From Phoronis australis (Eukaryota; Animalia; Phoronida): 64,000 bases of DNA. This document shows, piece by piece, positions 39,941 to 51,920 of this stretch. The stretch spans positions 130,936-194,935 of the forward strand of contig NMRA01000674.1 in assembly GCA_002633005.1 (NCBI GenBank), in the 5' to 3' direction. Under the pieces are notes generated by a model. It had not been told where the DNA came from and searched no databases. It saw only the letters and a program-made list of their open reading frames with translations. Positions within the stretch are counted from its first letter, which is position 1, and each line of letters opens with the position of its first letter. The position numbers were made by a program, and so were the translations under genes.

Positions 39941-41342
39941 ACGTTTGGATTTTTCGGCATTTAGTTTGGCTAATTTTCCCGATATGAATGCGTTGGTGCT
40001 CCTTCTTTTGCGGGTTTCAGTCGGACGGATAAGTTTTTTTCTCTTTTGAGCACTTGGTGTGATCTCACGTTTATCGGTGCAATTTCTAATTGTTTATTTA
40101 CTGAGGTGTTTCGACAAATGCATCCACTCTGAATACGGACATATGTCCAGTCTGTGTGTATTTTCTGAGACGCACACCTTCATCCCCTCAAGCTTGTTAA
40201 TCAAGTTTATTTATAGGTAAATATAAGGTAACATATAGGAAATATAATTAAGTTGTAACTTCATAATTATTTGGTTACCGTATAGTTACCACTTCCTTCA
40301 CTACCTCTCCTTGGACTTCCAGTGAACGGGTGGCTTGCGCGTAATGAAGAGATCATTAAACTATTGCCGTCCTCATCTCGACCATAGAAACACGAAATCT
40401 TCAATGTTGCAATTTCACGCTCGATTGGTCTGAAGAGAAATAAAAGCCAAATCAATCGACTCGCAATTTAAAGAAACCGATAGATCTAGTAGCGCTCATT
40501 GTAACTAAGCTTGATTTCAAAGATCAAAATTCAAAACCATCACGGGATGCCTGTCAAAGATATATATTTTACGGAACCCCAAATAGATGGTTTTCATCCA
40601 CGTGTGGGGCGAATCCAATACATAAACAACTAAGAATCATCCCATCTCGAATTTCGTGTTCTCTCCAGTTCACATCAGGATATAGCAAAGCAAAGAAATA
40701 TGCGACGGGAACAGTCGGCGCTATTTATATTGTTACATTGGAGAGTTCTCGCCACATTTCCTACAAAATCTTCATCTTATCGTCTTACTATTGCTAACAA
40801 ATACGCACCGGTAACTGTTGAATTGCCTTTGCCAGAATACGACTAAAAAGAAATAGATATTAAGTTTTAAAAGTTGCTTTAAAAATACAAAGCGTTCTAA
40901 AGTATTCCTAATTCATCCAGTGGTCCATGTACTTTGTTCAACTGTGCTGTTTATTGACATTTCGTGCATTAACGGCAATAAAGGTATTTTTGAATTTATC
41001 AGCCAAAGTTTCAACCTTGTGCTAGTCAACTTGTATGCTTCATGAACTGCAAAGATTCTCTCGTTGATAATAACCCGTTCTCTTCATACAATTCCGTTCA
41101 GTTCAACGTGCCTTTGACTTTCCTTCCCCGAACACGCCCCCCGGAAAACGCCTCCTCTCCATTAGTTATGTAACAGCATTTGTTATCGTTCTGTCGCTTT
41201 CTATAGTGTGCTCGTATCATTCCAACTTCGACACCCCCTTTCCAAACCTCAGCCACGGATTGAAGCTGCACCTGTTTACCGTTAGAATGGTGAGAATGAA
41301 GCGCGGCTGTATTTTACGAGTGAACAATTTCCTCTATTTCAG

Positions 41343-41446
41343 TTGCAGTGAAAAGATCCCGCACATGTGATATCGGTTGCACCTACACATGCAATTTTTT
41401 GAAAAAAACTACAACGTGCCCCAATGGAGTTTGTCGTTGTGTTTAA
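41343..41446 (+). CDS. Mature-peptide exon A: (V)AVKR-SRTCDIGCTYTCNFLKKTTTCPNGVCRCV*, CS-alpha/beta defensin/toxin-like
   Basis: Polypyrimidine acceptor TTTCCTCTATTTCAG|, phase 1; KR dibasic site; six Cys as C-x3-C-x3-C-x8-C-x4-C-x-C; stop TAA then donor TAG|GTATGT at 41450. Confidence 0.85.
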
Positions 41447-41541
41447 TAGGTATGTATACAACTACACAAAACCAAGTAAAATAGTTTAACTGGTTCCGGT
41501 CTGCGACCAAAGGTTTTTGAAAACTGCGCTTCAATGTATAA

Positions 41542-42638
41542 AGGAGAATGCCACCCGATTTAATTAGTCTTTTTTGCCGTCTTAATCGGTCTATATCCAC
41601 TTCGACTCTAATACGTTCGACCTTACCTTGCCAAGAGGTGTTGTGTTAACCTGTGAGGAAGGTTAGAAACGACGCTAGCGACGTCAGTGGTTCATATGCA
41701 GAGTGAATGACGCTATGTTGCGGTGCATCGCTCCCGCTTGTCCGTACTTAGCAGCTGCGAGGAAAGCGGGTATATCGTTTTTTGCTTCCTCGAGAGTCCG
41801 AAATGCTTAGGAAGTGGCTCATGGTAGTGAAGAATGGAATGTACGCTATAAATAGCAAGTATGAAGCCGTAAAACATTTCTGTACCTGTGGCCTGCAAAC
41901 GTCGACAGTGCCTGACGAATGCCGGCTTACCAAATAACTCCATACGTTCCGTTGTCTGAGCTTGTTCACGGCGCCTCTCTAGTATTTCTTCATCACTGTA
42001 TTCCTGTTCGAATTGATAGCCTGTAAAACTTAACGATCCACCTGCGAAGTCGCCGGGGACTGATGCCGTCCTTAGTCGGGATTGCGAGTTGCCATTTTGG
42101 CGTTTATTACTGAGCGTTTTGTTTCAAAATGAATTATTTTCACCCTAACCAATACTTATATAAAACTGAAACAAAGCCTGCCTCAATAGATGCAGTTTGT
42201 AATGCCTTTGCAGTGTTCGTGAGTGCAAATGATTTGAGAAGCCAGCAATGAATAAATCACTGCGTTACCGGTTTTAGGTGCAATAAAACTAATTGACGGG
42301 ACACCGAGGCTAATTTAGTGTTTGCTGGAAGAAACTGTTGTAAAACAACTCGATTTCCATCCCACGGCCAAGTGTTAGAGGAATCTTTATTTACATTTAC
42401 ATTAGTCAAATATTTATTGTCAATGTACAACTTCTGCCCTGAGGGTGCTGTGGCCAAAGCGGAACCTAAATTCGCGGCCACCGACGAGTAAGTAGATTTG
42501 CAGTTTCGTGGCAAATTCACCAACATAATCAGGTGCACATTACTTTCGCTCACTAGTATAGTATTTTCTTGACTGGAAGTTTAGTTTCCACTAAACTTTG
42601 GCTGGTTTATGTTCGTGATGTCTGATCAGTTTCCGAGC
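41542..42638. mobile_element. Kolobok-like non-autonomous element, copy A (cut by the gap)
   Basis: Same left terminus AGGAGAATGCCACC and interior as 44037-45647. Confidence 0.65.
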
Positions 42639-42693
42639 NNNNNNNNNNNNNNNNNNNNNNNNNNNNNNNNNNNNNNNNNNNNNNNNNNNNNNN
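42639..42693. other. Assembly gap (55 N)
   Basis: Run of N. Confidence 1.
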
Positions 42694-43354
42694 GAAAACA
42701 TCTTGTTTTCATTTGAAAGACTTTAGACTTGGTTTCTATAACTATTTAAAGCAGACTTCTTGCCTAAAAGTTTGTTCAAATGGTTTGTAAACTCTGCTCG
42801 TCATTTCCAAACTATGAAAATAGACAGTTTTGCAAGACAATTTTCACTAAAGTGCAAAGTTGAGGCAAGATTTTTTATTGCTCAGTCATCAAGACTAACT
42901 CTTTAACTGTATGTTCAAAACGTCACATAAGGCTACAAGGTGTTTTATGGCAGTAAGAAGGTCACAAAAATGGCCACTAAAATTAGCCCCAAAAAGTGGT
43001 CTGTGGATTATCTCCCCTGTCTAGCATAAAACTGTTAGATTTTAATAAATGGCACAGAATTATGCACAGTATACGTTGGTTATTTCAGCCACCAAAATAT
43101 AGCTTTTGATCTATTTTGTATGTTACTCTTTTTTGTTGCTGAAAACATGCGATTTTTGAGACGGCTAATATGCCCAATTGTGCCAATTTGTGTTATCATG
43201 CTCCAGCGGCGAAATTAGAGGTCATTGAGTGCGCAAAATTTGGCATTTGGGTTTTTGTTAGGATACCTACCCATGTACAAAAAATGAAGTTGTTTTAAAT
43301 TTTGACGTATAGACTGATTTTTGAAAATCTACTGGTTTTTATATGGACTGCCTC
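42694..43354. mobile_element. Right end of a Sola3-like DNA transposon
   Basis: Ends ...ATATGGACTGCCTC|TTAA; GAG/CTC termini with a TTAA target are typical of Sola3. This sequence is absent before the equivalent TTAA of copy A (40860). Confidence 0.55.
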
Positions 43355-45149
43355 TTAAGTTTTAAAAGTTACTTTAAAAATACAAAGCGTTCTAAAGTAT
43401 TCCTAATTCATCCAGTGGTCCATGTACTTTGTTCAACTGTGCTGTTTATGGACATGTCGTGCATTAACGGCAACAAAGGTATTTTTGAATTTATCAGCCA
43501 AAGTTTCAACCTTGTGCTAGTCAACTTTTATGCTTCATGAACTGCAAAGATTTTGTCGTTGATAATAACCCGTTCTCTTCATACAATTCCGTTCAGTTCA
43601 ACGTTCCTTTGACTTTCCTTCCCCGAACACGCCCCCCGGAAAACGCCTCCTCTCCATTAGTTATGTAACAGCATTTGTTATCGTTCTGTCGCTTTCTATA
43701 GTGTGCTTGTATCATTCCAACTTCGACACCCCCTTTCCAAACCTCAGCCACGGATTGAAGCTGCACCTGTTTACCGTTAGAATGGTGAGAATGAAGCGCG
43801 GCTGTATTTTACGAGTGAACAATTTCCTCTATTTCAGTTGCAGTGGAAAGATTCCGCAGATGTGATTTCGGTTGCAACTACCAATGCACTTTAGGGAGAT
43901 TAATTGCAGATTGCCAAAATGGAGTTTGTGTTTGTGTTTGACAGGTATGTATATAACTATACAAAACCAAGTAAAATAGTTTAACTGGTTCCGGTCTGCG
44001 ACCAAAGGTTTTTGAAAACTGCGATTCAATACTTGAAGGAGAATGCCACCCGATTTAATTCGTCTTTTTTGCCGTCTTAATCGGTCTATATCCACTTCGA
44101 CTCTCATGCGGTCGACGTTACCTTGCCAAGAGGTGTTGCGTTAACCTGTGAGGAAGGTTAGAAACGACGCTAGCGACGTCAGTGGTTCATATGCAGAGTG
44201 AATGACGCTATGTTGCGGTGCATCACTCCCGCTTGTCCGAAATAAGCAGCTGCGAGGAAAGCGGCTATATCGTTTTTTTACTTTCTCGAGAGTCCGAAAT
44301 GCTTAGGAAGTGGCTCATGGTAGTGAAGAATGAAATGTACGCTGCAAATAGCAAGTATGATGCCGTGAAACATTTCTGGGTCTGTGACCTGCAGACGTCG
44401 ACAGTGCCTGACGAATGCCGGCTTACCAAATAACTCCATACGTTCCGTTTTCTGAGCTTGTTCACGGCGCCTCTCTAGTATTTCTTCATCACTGTATTCC
44501 TGTTCGAATTGATAGCGTGTAAAACTTAACGATCCACCTGCGAAGTCGCCGGGGACTGATGTCATCCTTAGTCGGGATTGCGAGTTGCCATTTTGGCGTT
44601 TATTACTGAGCGTTCTGTTTCAAAATGAATTATTCTCACCCTAACCAATACTTATATAAAACTGAAACAAAGTCTGCCTCATTAGATGTAGTTTGTAATG
44701 CCTTTGCAGTGTTCGTGAGTGCAAATGATTTGAGAAGCCAGCAATGAATAAATCACTGCGTTACCGGTTTTAGGTGCAATAAAATTAATTGACTGGACAC
44801 CGAGGCCGTGTGAGCTCATGCTAATTTAGTGTTTGCTGGAAGAAACTGTTGTGAAACAACTCGATTTCCATCCCAGGGCCAAGTGTGAGGGGAATCTTTA
44901 TTTACATTTACATTAGTCAAATATTTATTGTCAATGTACAACTTCTGCCCTGAGGGTGCTGTGGCCAAAGCAAAACCTTAATTCGCGGCCACCGACGAGT
45001 AAGGATATTTGCAGTTTCGTGGCTAATTCACCTACATAATCAGGTGCACATTACTTTCGCTCACTAGTATAGTATTTTCTTGACTGGAAGTTTAGTTTCC
45101 ACGAAACTTTGGCTGATTTATGTTCGTGATGTCTGATCAGTTTCCGAGC
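43355..45149 (+). repeat. Copy B of the ~1.8-kb direct duplication
   Basis: Colinear with 40860-42638; begins exactly at TTAA. Confidence 0.95.
43838..43941 (+). CDS. Mature-peptide exon B: (V)AVERFRR-CDFGCNYQCTLGRLIADCQNGVCVCV*, CS-alpha/beta defensin/toxin-like
   Basis: Same acceptor, phase, length and Cys spacing as exon A; RFRR furin-type site; stop TGA then donor CAG|GTATGT at 43945. Confidence 0.85.
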
Positions 45150-45647
45150 TACTGGCCAGGATAACAAGCGGTTTGTGTTTAGAACTCAAAAAATCACAAG
45201 TCTAAACAACACAGATCTAGGTTCTCCTGTCAGTATCTCACGGAAAATACTTCGAAAATATCTCTGAACAGACCCCAAACTCCTGCTACGGACCTTATTG
45301 GCCTGCCGAACTTTGTAGGCTACGCTGTGTCCAAATACCAATAAATCCGTAAGAGCGAAATAAAAACACGTTTTTATAAGAAATCGGTGTATGTTTAAGG
45401 GTTTTACATCGACGTTTGATGATTTATTGGTGTTAAACGATGACTTCAAGCGATAAGCTGACACCAGTAACCCGTGTTGTGAACTGCTGAACAGACTGCG
45501 TGTGAAACCGATGACGTCATTGGTTAATTTCAACACCTCCGTCTGCCGTCAGGTGTCAGGTAACGCAACCGTACGTGTCGTTATGGAGTAGAACTACTCG
45601 ATCTGAATTGATACAAATTAGGTTGTTTTTTTGGGCGGCATGCTCCT
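44037..45647. mobile_element. Kolobok-like non-autonomous element, copy B (both ends present)
   Basis: TTGA|AGGAGAATGCCACC ... GGCGGCATGCTCCT|TTAA (AG..CT termini, TTAA-like TSD). Minus-strand YQFEQEYSDEEI resembles KolX N-termini. Confidence 0.7.
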
Positions 45648-47415
45648 TTAAACAAAAATGTCGCCCATTACCCCAACAATGTTGACAATTTGTGTTACAA
45701 AAGGTGTGCGAACATATGTAACAACATCGCAAAACAACTTAGCAAGTATACCTCATTCTTAGTTGCAAGTGGTTCGGTTTGCCAGCTCCCCACACCCCAC
45801 AAGTACAATCAACCCGGTCAATCAGAGCGGTAATTCCGCGCCATTGGATCGCTGGGGTAGGAAAAAATCGCACACGCATTTAGACCATATTACGTGGCTT
45901 CAAAAATGTAAGACTATACACATACCGTATCACTGCAAACATTCTCAAAAGCACCGGCTAGGACCTACATTGTATATGACTTCTTGGTCTAACTAAGATC
46001 CTTCCAAACCTGAGACATTTCCAATACTGGGTAGGGTTCAACAACACTAGGACTTCTCTGGAAAACCACTACTTCGCGAGATTACGCGAGATATTTTTGT
46101 GTATTTTAAATGAAAACACTCGATTTTGGCGAGATTGTTCAAGCATCGAGATATCTACTGAACTCTATCGTGGTGTGACCCCAATCAGTGTGGTGCAGAA
46201 TCCAGTGGCAGCTTATCGAACAGCAAGGCGGCGACTGCATGGTAATGATGAGGATGAAGTATAATTTGAGGCCAATGCACGGTTTCTTCCATAAAACAGA
46301 CCGAAGTAGGGACATAATTACTTTCCATAAAATTTCTGATGAGTTGTGGACTTTTGAAAACACTGATTGCCCGTTTTTCTTTTATCACTTAGTCAAATCT
46401 AGTCTGAACTGCATGTTGAATTCTCTATATGATTGAACATAAGTTGCAAATTGTTAAGGCAACGTCCCAAATTTTGGGACTAAGCCTCTACTAAATTAAA
46501 GGCTCAGTTTTCAGTTATATTAAAAGAGTTTGTTACAACGCAAAGGAGTTCGTAACAGAGATAAGGTGATAGAAAGAAATCACACGTTTGTGAGTTGTCA
46601 ATGACACAGATATGTAAACATCTTAAGGATCTTAATGGATTGACTAAGTTCTCAATTAAAAGTCTCAGAGGAGTCTTAATTTGGAGAATAGATGCCCTGG
46701 GACAACAAACTGGGAATAAGTTAACCTAAGCAGTTATTGTCATTTTTTTTAAATGTCTGTTCATCATTTTAAACGTTAGCGTTATCACAAAGAAGGGGAC
46801 ATTTCAGACGGCGGAGATTACCGTGGACTCATCCCGTTGAATAATTATTGTGGGTGGAAAAGTTTTAAGTTTTTGGGAAATTTCTTCGGAATTATTATCC
46901 TGACTTGGTAGTGTCGTCTTGCTCTTCTGCTGGGCAATGATGACTGACTGCTTCACGCGAAGATTTCTTAATAGCTCTTTACCGGTTTCCATAGACTATA
47001 GCCGCAAATCGCTGGACCATTAGTCAGATCAATAACTCTAACCTGACCCTTCCTTTTTTTCATTCATAGAGGGGCTCTTGCACTTTTGTCTGTAAAAATT
47101 GACAGAGGACGACGGACTGCGTGAAACAGCCTGTCATCAATGCCAAATAGCATATTTAGTCAGGCGTAAGGCCAGGAAAGTTTTTTTTGCAGTAGCTTCC
47201 AAAGAGTTGATGATTCTCTTCTCATTTCAATATGGCCACACTGTTAATGGAAGTCTATTTTTCGATCGAGAACTACATGTATAGCTCTGTCTAGTGCATT
47301 CAGAGTTATTCACTATGCACGTACCTCAGACTATGCAACACAAGTGTCTTTCATTTTGTGCACGAGTATGTGACTGTGGCGCTTACATGATAAGTGCTTT
47401 ACGCTTGATTTTCAG

Positions 47416-47520
47416 GTAATTGGTTGGTCAACAGTGTGGACGACGTTTGAAATTTTGCAAGTAAAATAAATGCATCGACGACCATTTGAAGGCAAAAATA
47501 AAAATATGTCAAAGCCACTT
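47416..47520 (+). other. Candidate terminal 3'-UTR exon of the peptide gene
   Basis: Acceptor TTGATTTTCAG| followed by AATAAA at 47465 and 47497; assignment to this gene is inference only. Confidence 0.25.
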
Positions 47521-48269
47521 TCACTAGTCTCGTTATTGCTGCATTCTTCGCTCCCATGGACGTCGATGGCTGCCAGTTTGAATTTTGATCATCTTCAAAA
47601 CGCAGCTGGTTACAATATTAAAAAATCGTTGCTGCAATACTTTTGAAGTCTAAAAGACAATGTTGTGATCACCTTCTGTAAGGGCTAGCAAAGACGGAGA
47701 CCTAAGAGCTGATTATATGTCAGCCATAGTGAACGACAACTGAACTGAGGGGTCACGTCTAGGCCTGAACAACTGGGCAGCAGTATCATGTAATTCATTT
47801 AATCGTCATGTTATTTTCACATCTTGATGTGAGCTAACACAGGCAGCAAATGATCCCGTAGCCGTCTGCGTTGTCCCGAAGCAGACATCACATGCGAGTA
47901 CTCAGTCCAATGAACAGGGCAGGGCAATGAGAACGTATTTATACGTGGAACAGTTCATTAGTCTCGGGTTTGGATTTGGTAAGAATTCTAAGCTAGGAAA
48001 TCAAATACGTGAGATAGGCTAATAGTTGAGAAATGTTTTCTATTTAATGTTAGTATTAATCGGTTGCAACAGATTTCGTTGAAAATAGGACTAATGTTTT
48101 TGTTTGAATGTCTGTCAATGAGTCACTCGCAGTTTAGAAAGTATCTCCTTTCTTCAAGGTGTAGTAACAATAAACCGACAAACAACAAACAAATGCATTA
48201 AAGCACTAACTATATTTTGATACTTCATGTCTCATCTTCAGGCAATAAATGGAATGAATATAAATGTAT

Positions 48270-49730
48270 ACCTAGCGAAATAAACAGTGAAATGCACTTG
48301 ACAGCAGGCAGCGGGGCATACAACAAGAGAAAGAGAATGTAACACATGGCAGGATGTCCACAACCCTATCGAAACAGTGAGGGTGATGTAGCCCAAATCC
48401 GTCCATTTCACCATAGCGAATGATGGTTTGGTCTACTATTTCTTCCCTAGTAAATTTTCGGCCACGTTGGTGTACAAAATAATCTTGCATGGACCCCCTC
48501 CCCCCATGCAAGTGTATGGACAACCATTGTGAGAGAGATCATACCGTGTGCGCAATGCAACGCTGTTCACGAGAATGAGGACCAAGACTTCCATCCATAT
48601 GAAATGTGAATTGGTAAACAATATTACATTTGGTCACTGGTCGTAGTCTACTACGACTGAGGTTGTTCTATATGGGAAGTTAACGCGACTCTGTATTCTG
48701 ATAATAAATAAGTGTATTCAGTCTATCACCAGGTTTGACCACCATAACGTTATCCCTAACAATCTCCTTAAGCACATGTTCGTCACTCAGATGATTAATA
48801 GAGATACAGTTTTAACAATACACGTTCTTAGTGGTTGTAGTTGTAGGTTCATCCTTAACATTAGAGTCAATCCTACACGTAGATATGAAAAATCTAACGT
48901 GTTTATCAAGAAAACAATAATTATAACCATTTTAACAAGAACTTGTTTTATGTGTTGTACTTCAACGTTGAATGCCTGCCAATCAGATGATATCTGTTGC
49001 GCCCTCTTGAGGTAACTAGTTAAAACCACTAGTTTATAGCTTTCAGGGCAATCACATTTACGATGTAAACAGTTATCAAAATCTGTACTTTTATAATGAC
49101 CTGAAGTACGAAACCCATCATCAGAATAATGTACAATGACATCGAGAAAAAGCAATTCGTTCGTGAACTTTAATATAGAATGGCATCCAAGCAAGTTCTG
49201 GATGAAAACAGTTCATCACGCGAACAATATACAAAGATATTATAAACATAGCAGATATAGATGGGGATTTTGCCGCTTTCTCAGTGACCCGTTTTTCAAC
49301 GTCTGGCATGTAAAATTCTGAGAATATTGGGTCTAACGGGGAATTAATACCGACGCAGATTAATTTTTTTTGTAAAAACAGTTTGCCATTTAAATACCGA
49401 AAGGGTGCTTTGGTTGTACAGTTAGTTAATAATGCACGTACAGATGGTGGGCGAAATCTCATAGCATTCACACTTGTGAGTACTTTGGTGGGCAACCTAA
49501 TTTTTTCTAGGTGAATAGAAAATTCACTTTTAATTCAAATTCCAAAAAGTTTTCACGCCTTAACTTCCACATTTTTAATAATGTGTTTTTGCAAGAAATA
49601 TGCACATTCCTGTTACGTGGAAGCGCTTTTGTATTAAAGTGACCAATCAGAGGGCCTGGTTGTATTGTTGTGCGTGGTAAATTAAAATGGCAGCTCCCAT
49701 GGATGGTGATGCCTGTATAATTCAAGGTGT
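48270..49730 (-). mobile_element. Penelope-like retroelement (RT + GIY-YIG), decayed
   Basis: RT motifs CTTKAPFRYLNGKLFLQ...SPLDPIFSEFYM and LLFLDVIV...CDCPESYK...YLKRA; linker DEHVLKEIVRDNV...LIYYQN; endonuclease start NIVYQFT. Confidence 0.85.
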
Positions 49731-50780
49731 GTCAAACAGCACTAATTTGTCAACAATCAGTACTTGAAGAAGCTTAGAAAAGCATCCTGACAAAAGCTGA
49801 TGGACTGTGTAGCTCTGTGGATCAGAATATATGAAAAAGAAGGATGTGTCACAAACGTTTGTGCAGAAAAAACAGCTACTTTGCCCGACTGGTTTAGTTA
49901 AAACATGTCCTGCTATACAGCTCTAGAAGACAAAGCATCAGAACAAAAGTTCAAAAGGCAAGAAAAACGCATGGCAACGTTTCAAGACACCAGCAGCAGT
50001 AGTAAAGCTGAAGTTGCTGAAAGTGACACAGATGTTACCCAAGATCTCCCAAGAAAATCAATTAGACTTTGAAAATCTGAAACACCAAATTGACCTGAAG
50101 TTCATACATTCTTACACTTTATTGCATCATTTGCGAGCAAGAAAAAAAATGTTATGGACCACATTACAAAAAAGAGAAAGAATGAACAACTTTATAGCCT
50201 TGAAGACAAAACACGTATGTGTTTTTGTAAGGTAAATCTTCGTGTTTTCCTAGTGTCCATTATTTTTACTAGTTGTTTTTAGCTTGTTTAGCCCCTAGAC
50301 GGCCCAAGCCTTATACAATAGTGCTGTCTCAACTGGCCCAGTAGAGACGATGGCCATGTCACAAGTCCTCCATATGCCGGAAGCTTTTTGGCGAATTAAG
50401 CATGACACTGATTAAACCATCAAAGTCATGTTGCTATAAGTTGAGAATTACCTTTTTTGAAGCACAATGTATACGTGAGGGATGCCTTAGGAGGCCGTTA
50501 ATTTCTTCATTTGTTACCATCTTAAACAAACACTCCAGAAATCCAGTCTTTCAAACCGTTCGTCTTTGCCCAAGTCGAAAATTGGCCATTCTTACACTGC
50601 TTGTACCAGGGGTTAATCATATGGCGTTATACTTCGGGTCGGATTTTAAGCATTTTAAATCAAGCTTTCTGAGAAGGTTAAACGGAGTAAATGGTTGCAA
50701 TGAACTGTTAAATCAATGTGCTCAAGTGGTCGTCATGCCCCGTCGTAATTCTGGGACAGGGCAACTTCTTATCATTTTTC

Positions 50781-51022
50781 GTAAATATTATTCACTTAGG
50801 TAGCTGCAACGGTAACTGAAATAGAGCGCCGAGTGGCTGGTGTCCCCATCATAATCCAAGGATTGGGGAAGCCCCTGGCCATTTTTGAAACGGTGTGTTA
50901 ATATTATTTACTTAGGTAGCTGCAACGGTAACTGAAATAGAGTGCCGAGTGGCTGGTGTCCCCATCATAATCCTTGGATATTGGAAGCCTCTGGCGATTT
51001 TTGAAACGTTCTGTAAATATAT
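50781..51022 (+). repeat. 116-bp tandem repeat x2
   Basis: TTAGGTAGCTGCAACGGTAACTGAAATAGAG at 50796 and 50912. Confidence 0.9.
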
Positions 51023-51249
51023 TGACTAAGATATAACCATCTGATTAAAAATAATAAATTTCAATCACTGCATTGGTACACCAGCTGACTTATTTTCAGT
51101 TGCATGATCAAATCTAAGTGTCAGATGGTCAAAAATTTTAGGCGACAGATCAGACGGCTTGTACATCTGGTATGCTGGTTTTGGATCAATTACTGATAAA
51201 TCCGTCTGAAAAAAACTGCATCCCAACACACCGATAGTTAAATGTTAAA

Positions 51250-51920
51250 AGTTGGCATTTTTAAGCTGGACTTAAATCGCACAGCTCAGTCCGGAGACCT
51301 GAATAAGCAAATTAAATTTAAGTATGATGACCTTGTGGCTTAAGAAGCCAAATACCGCAGCGTATGCTATAAAATAGAAATACAATGATGAGGAAGAACT
51401 AAGAGTCCAGTTTTCAGTATCATTTTTTTAAAGTTTTGTTTGAAGTTCATCGAATCAATGCTTCTCACATGGAGATGTCATTTGTTTTTTGTTTCAAAAG
51501 TAAAGCAAGACTTTGACACTATGCTTCAGAAAGCTGTTGTGCATGACGTTATTAGGATTGCCAGTTTGCGCCCACCTAAGAAATACAAAAGTGATTTGGG
51601 GCTAGTGTCAAATGACTGACTCGCTGTCAAACCAATTATCACAGCCTCCAAGGAAGAACTCAGTGTTTGACCCCCATTGCATGCGGGCAAATTACCCGGA
51701 CGCAGTATTATCCCCTCTCTAATTAGCCATAGTTGGCTCCTTCACGGTGGAGCTTTGCACTCAAAATGTATGGTAGTGCCACCAGCTCTATTGCCAGTAC
51801 TCAATGATGTATGCTGCGAGGTCAAATTTAACGTGTGTGAGGGGAAACTGAGTTTGTGCTGCAATGCTGGGTGAAAATGTAAAGATCTGTGCAGTTGTAA
51901 CTATGGTAACATCAGCAACA
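51250..51920 (+). pseudogene. Academ(X)-like transposase remnants (DLVA.EAKY motif and C-terminal Cys-rich finger)
   Basis: DDLVA*EAKYRSVCYK at ~51325; PPALLPVLNDVCC...VC...LCCNAG*KCKDLCSCN at 51780-51900. Confidence 0.55.

Larger units (their letters stand above)
40860..42638 (+). repeat. Copy A of a ~1.8-kb direct duplication flanking the assembly gap
   Basis: Colinear with 43355-45149 (offset 2495 at the start); runs into the N gap. Confidence 0.95.

Noticed and set aside
41409-44565. Minus-strand ORFs duplicated in both copies (MDIDRLRRQKR..., MNKLRQRNVW..., MELFGKPAF...)
   Set aside because: They lie largely in the Kolobok-like insertion or antisense to the peptide exon, and their lengths and stops differ between copies.
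50781-51022. Direct repeats as a CRISPR or regulatory array
   Set aside because: Simple two-unit 116-bp tandem duplication with no spacers.
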